Program-made: the position numbers and the translations under genes
The notes under the pieces: generated by a model
Told to the model about the DNA's origin: nothing
The model's input: the letters and a program-made list of their open reading frames with translations, nothing else
Databases searched by the model: none
Source of the DNA: Gemmatimonadota bacterium
GTDB taxonomy: Bacteria; Gemmatimonadota; Gemmatimonadetes; Gemmatimonadales; GWC2-71-9
DNA: 64,000 bases
Direction: 5' to 3'
NCBI GenBank assembly: GCA_036679645.1
Contig: JAZDCY010000042.1
Coordinates: 1 to 64,000, forward strand
Shown here: in pieces, positions 1 to 7,989 of the stretch
Layout of the letters: every line of letters starts with the position of its first letter
Position numbering within the stretch: the first letter of the stretch is position 1

Positions 1-385
1 GGGGCTGAAGCCCCGGCTCGGCGCGCTGCGCGCGGCCCGCCTTGAAAGGCGGTGGGGGGGGAAGCGCCTGCATGGCGCGTCGCGTAGCGCCGAGCGCGCG
101 TTTCAACGCGCGAATTGCGACGGCGACGTCGATGGGCTAACGGTGTGTGGTCGTGGAGCAGCGGGGTCGCGGAGCAGTGGGAGCGCGAGGTCGCGGAGCA
201 GCGGGGACGCGCGAGCGCGGGTCCGCAGACCGGCGGGAGCGGGACGTGGCTACACGGCAATGTTCCGGGGCTGAAGCCCCGGCTCGGCGCGCTGCGCGCG
301 GCCCGCCTTGAAAGGCGGCGGGGGGGGGGGGGAAGCGCCTGCATGGCGCGCCGCGTAGCGCCGAGCGCGCGTTTCAACGCGCGAA
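1..385. repeat. Two direct copies (1-114 and 267-385) of a ~115 bp GC-rich multi-hairpin REP/REPIN-like element
   Basis: Near-identical GGGGCTGAAGCCCCGGCTCGGCG...CGCCGAGCGCGCGTTTCAACGCGCGAA. The copies differ mainly in a poly-G run (8 vs 13 G). The spacer holds an 8-nt periodic GGTCGCGG/AGCAGCGG repeat (149-204). Confidence 0.9.
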
Positions 386-526
386 CTCGCGAGCCGAGCG
401 CCGGACAGACATCTATCGGCCCAGACCTTGCCCAGGTGGGGAGATGCTGGCCCCAATTGCCCCAATTACCAAGATTGTGGTGAGAGACCGTCAACCATTA
501 ACCGTAGACTGAGATCCAAATCCGCC

Positions 527-1336
527 TTGGCCCGTTCAACCGTCACGTTCGTCGCCTACGGCGCTCGGATCATGATCCGATTCGAAGATCCCGCGCTCGT
601 GGAACCCGTGCGCGCTTTTCTCCCTCCGCAGGCCCGGCGGTTGAGAAGCGCCACCCCGGACGCGGTCTACACACTCACGCACTCGGCCATCAACGGCCGG
701 CGCTCCAAGCGATACCAGCTCATCCTCGACGGGCAGCAGCTGACCCGGCATCGTGAGCTGGCACCCGTCCTCGAGTTCCTCCGGGGCGACCTTCATTTCC
801 GCGTGGCGTTGCACGCGCGCCGGCGACTGTTCGTGCACGCCGGTGTTGTGGGATGGCGTAACCGGGCCATCCTCATTCCCGGCCGGACCCACACCGGCAA
901 GAGCACGCTCGTCGCGGCATTGGTCCGTGCGGGCGCAACATACTATTCTGACGAATTCGCCGTCATCGATGCCCAGGGACTCGTACACCCATATCCGCGC
1001 CTCGTGGCGCTGCGAGACAGGCCGTACGGTCCGTTGACGCGCCTGACCGCCGAGGAGCTGGGCGGGAAAGTGGGGAAGACGCCGTTGCGGGTTGGGCTGA
1101 TTGCGTTGTGTAAGTACCGCCCGCGTGCCCGCTGGCGGCCAACGGAGCTGACTCCGGGCGAGGCCGCGTTGGCACTGTTGGACAACACCGTCCTCGCTCG
1201 TATCCGGCCCAAGTTTGCGTTACCAAGGCTTGGGAGGGCCGCTGAGCGCGCGCGGGCCATACGCAGCGCGCGGGGTGATGCAGACGAGACCGCTCAACGC
1301 CTGTTGCGCGAAGTGGAACGCCGGACAAAGCGGTGA
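527..1336 (+). CDS. HPr kinase-related P-loop kinase
   Basis: Motifs VHAGVV, Walker A GRTHTGKST and YYSDEF are typical of HprK-like kinases. Start uncertain (ORF open from 428; TTG 527 or ATG 572). The stop overlaps the next start (GTGA). Confidence 0.8.
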   Translation: MARSTVTFVAYGARIMIRFEDPALVEPVRAFLPPQARRLRSATPDAVYTLTHSAINGRRSKRYQLILDGQQLTRHRELAPVLEFLRGDLHFRVALHARRRLFVHAGVVGWRNRAILIPGRTHTGKSTLVAALVRAGATYYSDEFAVIDAQGLVHPYPRLVALRDRPYGPLTRLTAEELGGKVGKTPLRVGLIALCKYRPRARWRPTELTPGEAALALLDNTVLARIRPKFALPRLGRAAERARAIRSARGDADETAQRLLREVERRTKR

Positions 1337-2646
1337 CGAGCGAGCCCGCCGACAGCCTCCGCGCCGAGATGGAGTTCCTGCTCCAGTGTCTGCGCGATAC
1401 GAGCAGCGGTGAGCCAAACGACGATGCGCTGATAGCGCTCGCGCCGGACGTGCCGTGGGACGCGTTCGTCGAAGAGACGACGCGTCACGGTGTGGCACCG
1501 CTCGTGTACAAGCGGCTCGAACCAATTCAAGAAGCAGTTGGGATGCCCGATACCGCCCTCGAGCAGTTGCGGGACATCTACATCCACAACGCCCTTCGGA
1601 ACGCCGCGCATCTGGAGGAAGTGAAACGGATCCTCATCGCGTTCCGGGACGCTGATGTGCCGGTGATCGTGTTGAAGGGGGTCGATCTCGCGGTTTCGGT
1701 ATACGCGGAGCCGGCGCTGCGCCCTATGCAAGATTTAGATCTGTTGATTCACGACCGCGATGCTTTGAAGACGACTGACGTGATGCGCCACCTCCGTTAC
1801 CACCAGGAGTTCTATCCCGAGCTTGGTATCGACTACGACACCTTCCATCATCTCGCGCCGTTTCACAAGAAAGGCGCACTACCGGTCGAGGTTCACCGCA
1901 ATCTCTCTGATCCAAACGATCCTTTCAAGATCGACATCGAGGGCATTTGGAGTCGTGCGCGCCCCATCGAGGTTGACGATGTCGAGGCGAAGGGTATGTG
2001 TCCCGAAGACATACTCGCTTATCTCTGCGCGCACGCGGCATACAACCACGAGTTCGACGTCTCGCTCCTTTCACTACACGATATTAGTCGATCGATCCAC
2101 AGCTTCGCGACAGGGCCATTGGCATGGGGACTTCTCTCGGTGACGGCGAACGGTGACCAGCGAAGCCGGTTCGTCTTCAGTGTTCTTGAACTCGTTCGCC
2201 AGTTACTCCGCGCGCCGATTCCACGCTCCGCGCTCGCTCGTCTCAAACACAGCGTCGCCGATCAAGAGATCGTGGCCACTCTCGCGGCGTCGATTAGTTC
2301 ACCGGACGTAGACGTACCTGTGGGATACCGAGAGTTGGCCAGGGCAGGATCCTGGAAAGAATTCAGCGTCTTTGTGCGAGGGACGTTCCCTTCGAGGCTA
2401 CGGCTCGCTAAGACATATGGCGTTCGCCCGGGCTCGCCGCTCGTCTACCTGTTGTACATCATCCGGCCACTTGATGTTCTGCGTAGGCGCGGCACGATTC
2501 TCTTCGGATTGCTGGTAGGCTCTGCGAGAGGTGCGCCCGTCGCCGCCGCCGCTCGGCGTCAGAGATCTATCACCCTGTGGGCGAAGAGCGCTCTCGTGTC
2601 TGAGGCTTCAAGTCAGGACAACAACAACCCGCCCCGCGAGTCCTGA
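1333..2646 (+). CDS. Nucleotidyltransferase family protein (NTP_transf_5-like)
   Basis: Motifs LKGxxLA..Y..PALRPMQDLDLLI, VEVH and H.AYNH. Translationally coupled to the kinase. Confidence 0.85.
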   Translation: MTSEPADSLRAEMEFLLQCLRDTSSGEPNDDALIALAPDVPWDAFVEETTRHGVAPLVYKRLEPIQEAVGMPDTALEQLRDIYIHNALRNAAHLEEVKRILIAFRDADVPVIVLKGVDLAVSVYAEPALRPMQDLDLLIHDRDALKTTDVMRHLRYHQEFYPELGIDYDTFHHLAPFHKKGALPVEVHRNLSDPNDPFKIDIEGIWSRARPIEVDDVEAKGMCPEDILAYLCAHAAYNHEFDVSLLSLHDISRSIHSFATGPLAWGLLSVTANGDQRSRFVFSVLELVRQLLRAPIPRSALARLKHSVADQEIVATLAASISSPDVDVPVGYRELARAGSWKEFSVFVRGTFPSRLRLAKTYGVRPGSPLVYLLYIIRPLDVLRRRGTILFGLLVGSARGAPVAAAARRQRSITLWAKSALVSEASSQDNNNPPRES

Positions 2647-2665
2647 GGGCAAACCCGCGAGGCGG
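2629..2665 (-). terminator. Probable intrinsic terminator hairpin between convergent genes
   Basis: Inverted repeat CCGCCCCGCGAGT...ACCCGCGAGGCGG, followed on the minus strand by GTTGTTGTTGT. Confidence 0.5.
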
Positions 2666-2679
2666 CCAGCGGGGTGGAG

Positions 2680-3183
2680 TCAGCCGACCTGAAAGGGCTC
2701 CGCAACACAGGGGTCTCGATCGGGATCGTTTATCTCGGTAAAGTCAGACACGCCGTCGCCGTCTACGTCAGAGAACGGGTCGCTGGGATCGGGGGTGCAC
2801 GCGGCAGGGCCGCTTTGCTGCGCCCTTGCCGTCGGTGCCGCAATCGACAAAACGCTAGGCACCAACAGCGCTGCAACCCCAGCGGCAGCCAGCTTGGCCA
2901 TGGCCGCGCGGCGGGACACACCCACCGTCACACCACCTTCGACGAGACGACTCCGCCGCAATTCGTCCAAGGCGACGTTCAACACGTCACTCCCGGGAAC
3001 ATCCAACTCGGCCTCGACGATGCGTGCGAGCTGCTCTGGAGTGTGCTTCCCATCCGCATTGCGCCAGACGAGAGCCGCGCTGGGTGAGAGCCGATGCGCC
3101 TCCTTGCGCTCCATGTCGTAAACTACCAGCTCGTCCCCAATTTCCTGGACAAGCACACCTTTCGTTCGGGCCTTCGGCAGCAT
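2680..3183 (-). CDS. PqqD/RRE-domain protein fused to a twin-arginine leader-like segment and an acidic Cys-containing C-terminal peptide
   Basis: Residues ~1-83 are PqqD-like (EIGDELVVYD..AHRLSPSAALVWRNADG..ALDELRRSRLV). Then SRRAAMAKLAAAGVAALLVPSVLSIAAPTARA, then QQSGPAAC...DVDGDGVSD..E...C. Confidence 0.8.
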   Translation of the reverse strand: MLPKARTKGVLVQEIGDELVVYDMERKEAHRLSPSAALVWRNADGKHTPEQLARIVEAELDVPGSDVLNVALDELRRSRLVEGGVTVGVSRRAAMAKLAAAGVAALLVPSVLSIAAPTARAQQSGPAACTPDPSDPFSDVDGDGVSDFTEINDPDRDPCVAEPFQVG

Positions 3184-3220
3184 TCGCGGTTACCCCACAG
3201 ATCGAGACATACACCCGAAT

Positions 3221-3237
3221 CGCAAGAATCACACCAG
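3221..3237 (-). promoter_or_regulatory. Putative sigma54 (-24/-12) promoter of the PqqD fusion gene
   Basis: Minus strand reads CTGGTGTGATTCTTGCG (TGG-N10-GC with TTGC), about 40 bp upstream of the ATG. Confidence 0.55.
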
Positions 3238-3461
3238 ATCTGTGACGCGTCTCACGGGCCCGCCAGCGCATTTTTCCCGGAATTCCTGGTGATTCTCGGA
3301 GATAAACGGCCACACATGTCCAATACTCGCACTGTTGACCTCGTACCACAGATCGCGTTGCGGACTGCGGATTCAGGCCGATCAGAGCTTTGTGGCGAAG
3401 GCCACCGACCGCTATCGTGGGGACCATGGCGACCCGCCAAAACGCGCCATTCGGGGCCTGC

Positions 3462-4292
3462 ATGAACATCGCGCTATTCGCCGTGGTAGTGGGCGCGACC
3501 GTGCCTGCCCAACTCCCCGCCCAGCGGTGTGCAGGAGGCGCCTCTACCCGACGCATCGTCGCGATTGCGGGTGGCTTCGCAGCCGTCCAAACCGGCGTCA
3601 TCCTCGCCCGCCACAATGACTGGTGGCCCACTCCCACCACGAGCTTCCATTTCACGTCCGGCGGGAGCCCCAGCAAGAGCCAGGACGTCCTCCTCCACGG
3701 CGCAATCGCCTACCAGGTCTCGCAACTCGGCGCACTCGCCTGGGACTGGGCCTGCATCTCGCCCACCGCCGCCGCATGGCTCGGCGCGGCACTCGGCATC
3801 GCGGTGGGATTACCAAAGGAGATCGGGGACGGGTTGCACGAGGACAAGGGGTTCTCTACCGACGACTTCGGGGCCAGCGTCGTGGGCGCCTTACTGCCCG
3901 CCCTGCACCGCACATTCCCCACAACGCGAGCGCTCGCGCTGAAGGTGAACTACTGGCCCTCCGCGGAATTCCGCAATCGCGCAAACGGTCTGCCGCAACT
4001 GGAAAACGACTACGCGGGTCAACGCTACTTCCTGACGATCTCACCCGGCCGTGTACCCGGAGGCGCGGGCGCATGGCCCGACTGGCTCGGCCTCGCCCTT
4101 GGGCACAGCGTGCCGCAATGGGCTTCACTTCCACCGGTGCACGAGTGGTACGTGGCTCTCGATCTCAACCTGCGGGGGCTGCCGATCAGGACCGATTGGT
4201 GGCAGGGACTGGCCACGCTGCTGGATCAGATTCACTTCCCCATGCCGGGGGTGCGGGTATCCGGTGGGGAAGTGGAGGTGGGGTTGTTCTAG
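3462..4292 (+). CDS. DUF2279/YfiM-like exported or membrane protein
   Basis: Signal-like N terminus, KEIGDGL..GFSTDD, ENDYAGQRYFL and YVALDLN motifs, C-terminal Phe. Start inferred. Confidence 0.65.
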   Translation: MNIALFAVVVGATVPAQLPAQRCAGGASTRRIVAIAGGFAAVQTGVILARHNDWWPTPTTSFHFTSGGSPSKSQDVLLHGAIAYQVSQLGALAWDWACISPTAAAWLGAALGIAVGLPKEIGDGLHEDKGFSTDDFGASVVGALLPALHRTFPTTRALALKVNYWPSAEFRNRANGLPQLENDYAGQRYFLTISPGRVPGGAGAWPDWLGLALGHSVPQWASLPPVHEWYVALDLNLRGLPIRTDWWQGLATLLDQIHFPMPGVRVSGGEVEVGLF

Positions 4293-4293
4293 G

Positions 4294-4320
4294 AGGGGCG
4301 CACGCAGTGCGCCCTTACAA
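4294..4320 (-). repeat. GTAG-type REP-like palindrome between convergent genes
   Basis: Reverse complement TTGTAAGGGCGCACTGCGTGCGCCCCT, almost identical to 58452-58477. Confidence 0.7.
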
Positions 4321-4364
4321 TCATCGCCCCCTCCATCGCCCCTTTCATCGCCCCTTTCATCCCC
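4321..4364. repeat. 12-bp tandem repeat (TCATCGCCCCTT) x ~3.7
   Basis: Read directly from the sequence. Confidence 0.75.
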
Positions 4365-5489
4365 CTATGCCCCAGCCACCTCCCGATACAGCTCCAGATG
4401 CCCAGCGATCATGTTGTCCAGGGTGAACCGTTCCAGGACCCGCCGCCGGCCCGCCCGGCCGAGCGACTGACGGAGTTCCGCGTCGGATACCAGCCGCAGC
4501 ATCGCGCGCCGTAACTCGGCCACGTCACCGACGGGTACCTCGAGGCCCGTCACATCCGGTTTGATGACCTCACGCACACCGGTGTCCAGTGCGGTCGTGA
4601 TGAGCGGCCGCTCCATCGCCATGGCCTCAAGCAGCACGATACCGAACATCTCGGCCCGCGTGACGGACGGCAGCACGAAGTAGCTCGCCGCCTGGTAGTA
4701 GCTGGGCAAGTCGTGGTCGGGCACCTCGCCCGCGAGAACCACCTGCTCCTTCAGCCCATGCCGCTCGATCTGGCTCTCCAGCGCCGCGCGTTCGGGCCCC
4801 GAGCCCACGATCACCATCTTGAGGTCGGTGTCGCGGATGGCGTCGAGCAACACGTGGAGTCCTTTGTAGCCCACGAGGCGACCCACGAAGAGCCCCACCG
4901 GCTCCGACCGATCCTTCGGAAAACACAGGGGCCGCGGCAACGATGCATTGGGAGCGAAGCGTTGGACGTCGACGCCAAACGGAATCACGCGCACCTTTGA
5001 CTCGAAGCCGTGCAACTCGCGCGAGACGTCGATATGTGAGCCGGTCGGCACGATGATCGCGTGCGCGCGCTTGATGACCCTTCGCGCGAGCGGCCAGTAG
5101 AACGGCCGCGCTAGTATCTGGCGGCGCACATCGGAGTGATGCGTAATGACGATCGGCGCGCGCGTGCCTAGCGTGACCGCGAGATCGGCCAATGGGTGCG
5201 GGTGGTGCAGGTGGACGACGTCGGCCGGCCAACGCGCGGCGGGAAGATAGCCGGGCGCCAATGGCTGCGACCAGAAGACACCGTAGGTGGGCAGCCGTAC
5301 GACGACGACATTCCTTCGTGGCGGTACGGTGACCCGGCTCCCGGGGTCGCGGTACCACGATGACCCGGTGGCCGCCACCACGCGCACCTCGTGTCCCGCG
5401 TCGGCCGCCCCCTCCGCCAACTGGGCCACGACCAGCTCGAGACCGCCCGGATCTGGCTTGTAGAACTTCGAGAGGTGGAGGATCTTCAC
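4365..5489 (-). CDS. Glycosyltransferase family 4
   Basis: FVGRLVGYKG and EMFGIVLLEAMA motifs. Confidence 0.9.
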   Translation of the reverse strand: MKILHLSKFYKPDPGGLELVVAQLAEGAADAGHEVRVVAATGSSWYRDPGSRVTVPPRRNVVVVRLPTYGVFWSQPLAPGYLPAARWPADVVHLHHPHPLADLAVTLGTRAPIVITHHSDVRRQILARPFYWPLARRVIKRAHAIIVPTGSHIDVSRELHGFESKVRVIPFGVDVQRFAPNASLPRPLCFPKDRSEPVGLFVGRLVGYKGLHVLLDAIRDTDLKMVIVGSGPERAALESQIERHGLKEQVVLAGEVPDHDLPSYYQAASYFVLPSVTRAEMFGIVLLEAMAMERPLITTALDTGVREVIKPDVTGLEVPVGDVAELRRAMLRLVSDAELRQSLGRAGRRRVLERFTLDNMIAGHLELYREVAGA

Positions 5490-6952
5490 GGCTTACGCAC
5501 GTGCGACACGTCTACCCTTTCCGCCGCGGCGCACAGGGCCGGTTGCACGACCTCGAGCAGCAGATTCAGGTCGAGCAGCAACGACCGGCGACCCAGCCGG
5601 CGTCTGAGCCGAAGCTCGCCCGCCCACCCCTTTCCGTCAAACGGACAGACGACCTCCCACTCGTCGCGCGCGCGACTAGGCCATTCCTCCACAAACGCGC
5701 CCGCATCGAGCCGCCAGGCCCGCGACCCGCCACGCCGCTCCCCGTCAGGGGCCGCAACGAGCACGACATCGTCGAATTCCGACCGCTTGAACAGCAGTGC
5801 CACACCTGCGCGAATGTCCTCCAGCGTCGTGGCGGTCTCGAGCCGCTCGGCCGCACGGCGCAGGTTGACGTTGATGGCAATACGGCGCGGCTGGAGCACG
5901 CCGTACTTTGCCAACCGCGCCAGCTCGTTCAGCTCGTGCAACCGGAGATAACGGACGATGAACCACAACCCTGCGCCGAACACGATCAGGGCGACGGCGT
6001 TGGTGCGTGCGCTCGGGTTGATGAACAGCATTGCCATCAGGGCGAGCGCCGCGCTGGCCGCGTAGATCGCCAAGGCCACCTGCCGCGGATTGAGCCCCGC
6101 GTGCGCCAACCGATGGTGAATGTGGCTCTCGTCGCGCGCGAAGAGCGAACGGCCTCGCACGAGACGCCGGAGGAGTGTTATCGTGGTGTCGAAGACGGGA
6201 ACGGCAAAGGCGACGAGCGGCACCGCAATCGCCACGAGGGTCGGCCCCTTGGTCGATCCCTCCACGGCCAAGCCAGCGAGGAGGAAGCCCGTGACCATGG
6301 CCCCCGAATCGCCAAGGAAGGCGCGCGCGGGCGGGAAATTGAACGGCATGAAGCCAAGCAACCCGCCTGCGAGCGCGGTGGCGACGAGCCCGATGGCCGG
6401 GTGGCCGAGCGAAACGGACATCATGAACACCGCGGTCGCCGCAAAGAACGCCGACCCACCGGCGACACCGTCCGCACCATCCAGCAGGTTGAACGCGTTC
6501 GTGATTCCGAGGAGCCAGACGACCGTCGCGGTCGCACCCAACACCTGCCCTAACTCGAGCGCGCCCGTGGGGCCCGACACCAACTCGATCCTGATACCAA
6601 GCGCGTACACGCCAATGGCGATCAGGGCCTGCGCGCCGAACTTGACGCTTGCGCGCACCGGCCGGATGTCGTCGACCGTGCCGAGGATCAGCATGCCCAA
6701 TGCACCGAGCATGATGGGCACGAACGATTCGGATGCGTGGAGAAGCGTGTCTCCGGTGGGGCTGAACACGACCCCGACGAGCGCCAGCGCGATCCCGCCG
6801 CCCAGTACGATCGACCAGCCGCCCACCCGCGGGATGGGCGGTTCCCTGGTGTCGTCGAGCGCACCCACACGAGCCGCCGCGACCATCAGCGGCCGCGTCC
6901 ACAGTGCGGCAATCCCCGCCGCAAGCACGAACACCACGAGGAAGGAGCCCAT
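5486..6952 (-). CDS. wecA: WecA/MraY-family undecaprenyl-phosphate GlcNAc-1-phosphate transferase with a C-terminal soluble extension
   Basis: GTVDD, NAFNLLDGADG, FNFPPARAFLGDSG and HIHHRL motifs; multiple transmembrane segments. Confidence 0.85.
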   Translation of the reverse strand: MGSFLVVFVLAAGIAALWTRPLMVAAARVGALDDTREPPIPRVGGWSIVLGGGIALALVGVVFSPTGDTLLHASESFVPIMLGALGMLILGTVDDIRPVRASVKFGAQALIAIGVYALGIRIELVSGPTGALELGQVLGATATVVWLLGITNAFNLLDGADGVAGGSAFFAATAVFMMSVSLGHPAIGLVATALAGGLLGFMPFNFPPARAFLGDSGAMVTGFLLAGLAVEGSTKGPTLVAIAVPLVAFAVPVFDTTITLLRRLVRGRSLFARDESHIHHRLAHAGLNPRQVALAIYAASAALALMAMLFINPSARTNAVALIVFGAGLWFIVRYLRLHELNELARLAKYGVLQPRRIAINVNLRRAAERLETATTLEDIRAGVALLFKRSEFDDVVLVAAPDGERRGGSRAWRLDAGAFVEEWPSRARDEWEVVCPFDGKGWAGELRLRRRLGRRSLLLDLNLLLEVVQPALCAAAERVDVSHVRKP

Positions 6953-7024
6953 GGGTTACGCGACGCCGGCCTGGAGCATGGCAACAAGACTGGTGTTCGC
7001 CGTTTCAAAGTCAACCGTGATGAC

Positions 7025-7989
7025 GTGACCCACGTAGTCCTGCTAGCTCCCCGCCTGCCCGAAGACGGCGGAGTCGCCCATCACACGCAACGCCTCGTGG
7101 CGGCTTGGCGCGACGCCGGCTGCGAGGTGACGGTGGATTCCTCATCCCCGCTTCGGCCGGAGCGCCAGGTCGACAACTGGGCGGATGCGGGTGCCACCGC
7201 CCTGCTCGTGCAATACGTCCCCTTCCTGTACGGTCGGTTCGGACTCTCGCGCGGGCTCGCGCGACTGGTGCGGTTGGCCCGCGGCACGGGGCTCAGAGTA
7301 ACGCTCTTCGTGCACGAACCGTGGGTCCCGCCGACTCGCCTGCCCTGGCTGATACTCTCACCGCTGCAGAGACGGCAGCTGCTCACCTTGGTGCGCCTGG
7401 CAGATCGAACGGTCACGGCCGTGCCTGCCTGGGCGCCGATACTTGGGGCTGATGTCGAGATCATCTACGTGGGGAGCAACCTGGGCGAGCCACCCCAGAC
7501 ACCTGAGGCCGTCGATTCCCCAGTGCTCTTCTCGCCTTTCGCGGCGGGACTCAACTGGGAATGGATCGGGGCGGCGGCGGATGCCATCAGTGCAACTCCC
7601 GGCCTGGTCGTCCTTGGTGCGGACGCGGATGCGGCGCGCACGCACACGGCAACCCGTGCGTCGTTCCGCGCAGAGTGGGACTGGCGGGGTCGGTTGCCCG
7701 CCGACGAGGTGCTGCGAATCGCCGGTGGGGCCCCTATTGCGCTTGCGCCCTTCACCGATGGTCCCACCGGGCGCCGCAGGGGCATCTCGCCGATCCGTTC
7801 TTCGTTGATGGTCCCCTCGATGTCGCGCGCACCAAAGACGAGTTTGTAACACTCGCACTCCGCGCATGGGAGTCCCGAGACACCGACGTCGCGGCCCGCG
7901 TCGAGCGACGCGCATGGTACCGACGCCACCTCGCCCCGCAGGACCTGGACGCGCGGCTCCTGGCCGTGGTGACCGGAAGGACCTCGTGA
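7025..7989 (+). pseudogene. Glycosyltransferase (GT-B), frameshifted near 7778 (real lesion or assembly error)
   Basis: GT-like N terminus (VLLAPRLPEDGGVAHHT, HEPW) up to APFTDGPTGRR. A plausible C terminus (GHLADPFF...) continues in another frame and ends at 7989, overlapping the flippase start. Confidence 0.65.

Noticed and set aside
527..3183. Canonical lasso peptide or PQQ cluster
   Set aside because: No asparagine-synthetase-like cyclase, B2 protease or pqqBCE in the window. Genes left of position 1 cannot be excluded.
5360..6553. Long antisense or alternate-frame ORFs (e.g. 5360-6553, 14948-16048, 39161-40234, 49995-51065)
   Set aside because: Shadow ORFs of well-supported genes in high-GC DNA, Arg/Pro-rich and without motifs.
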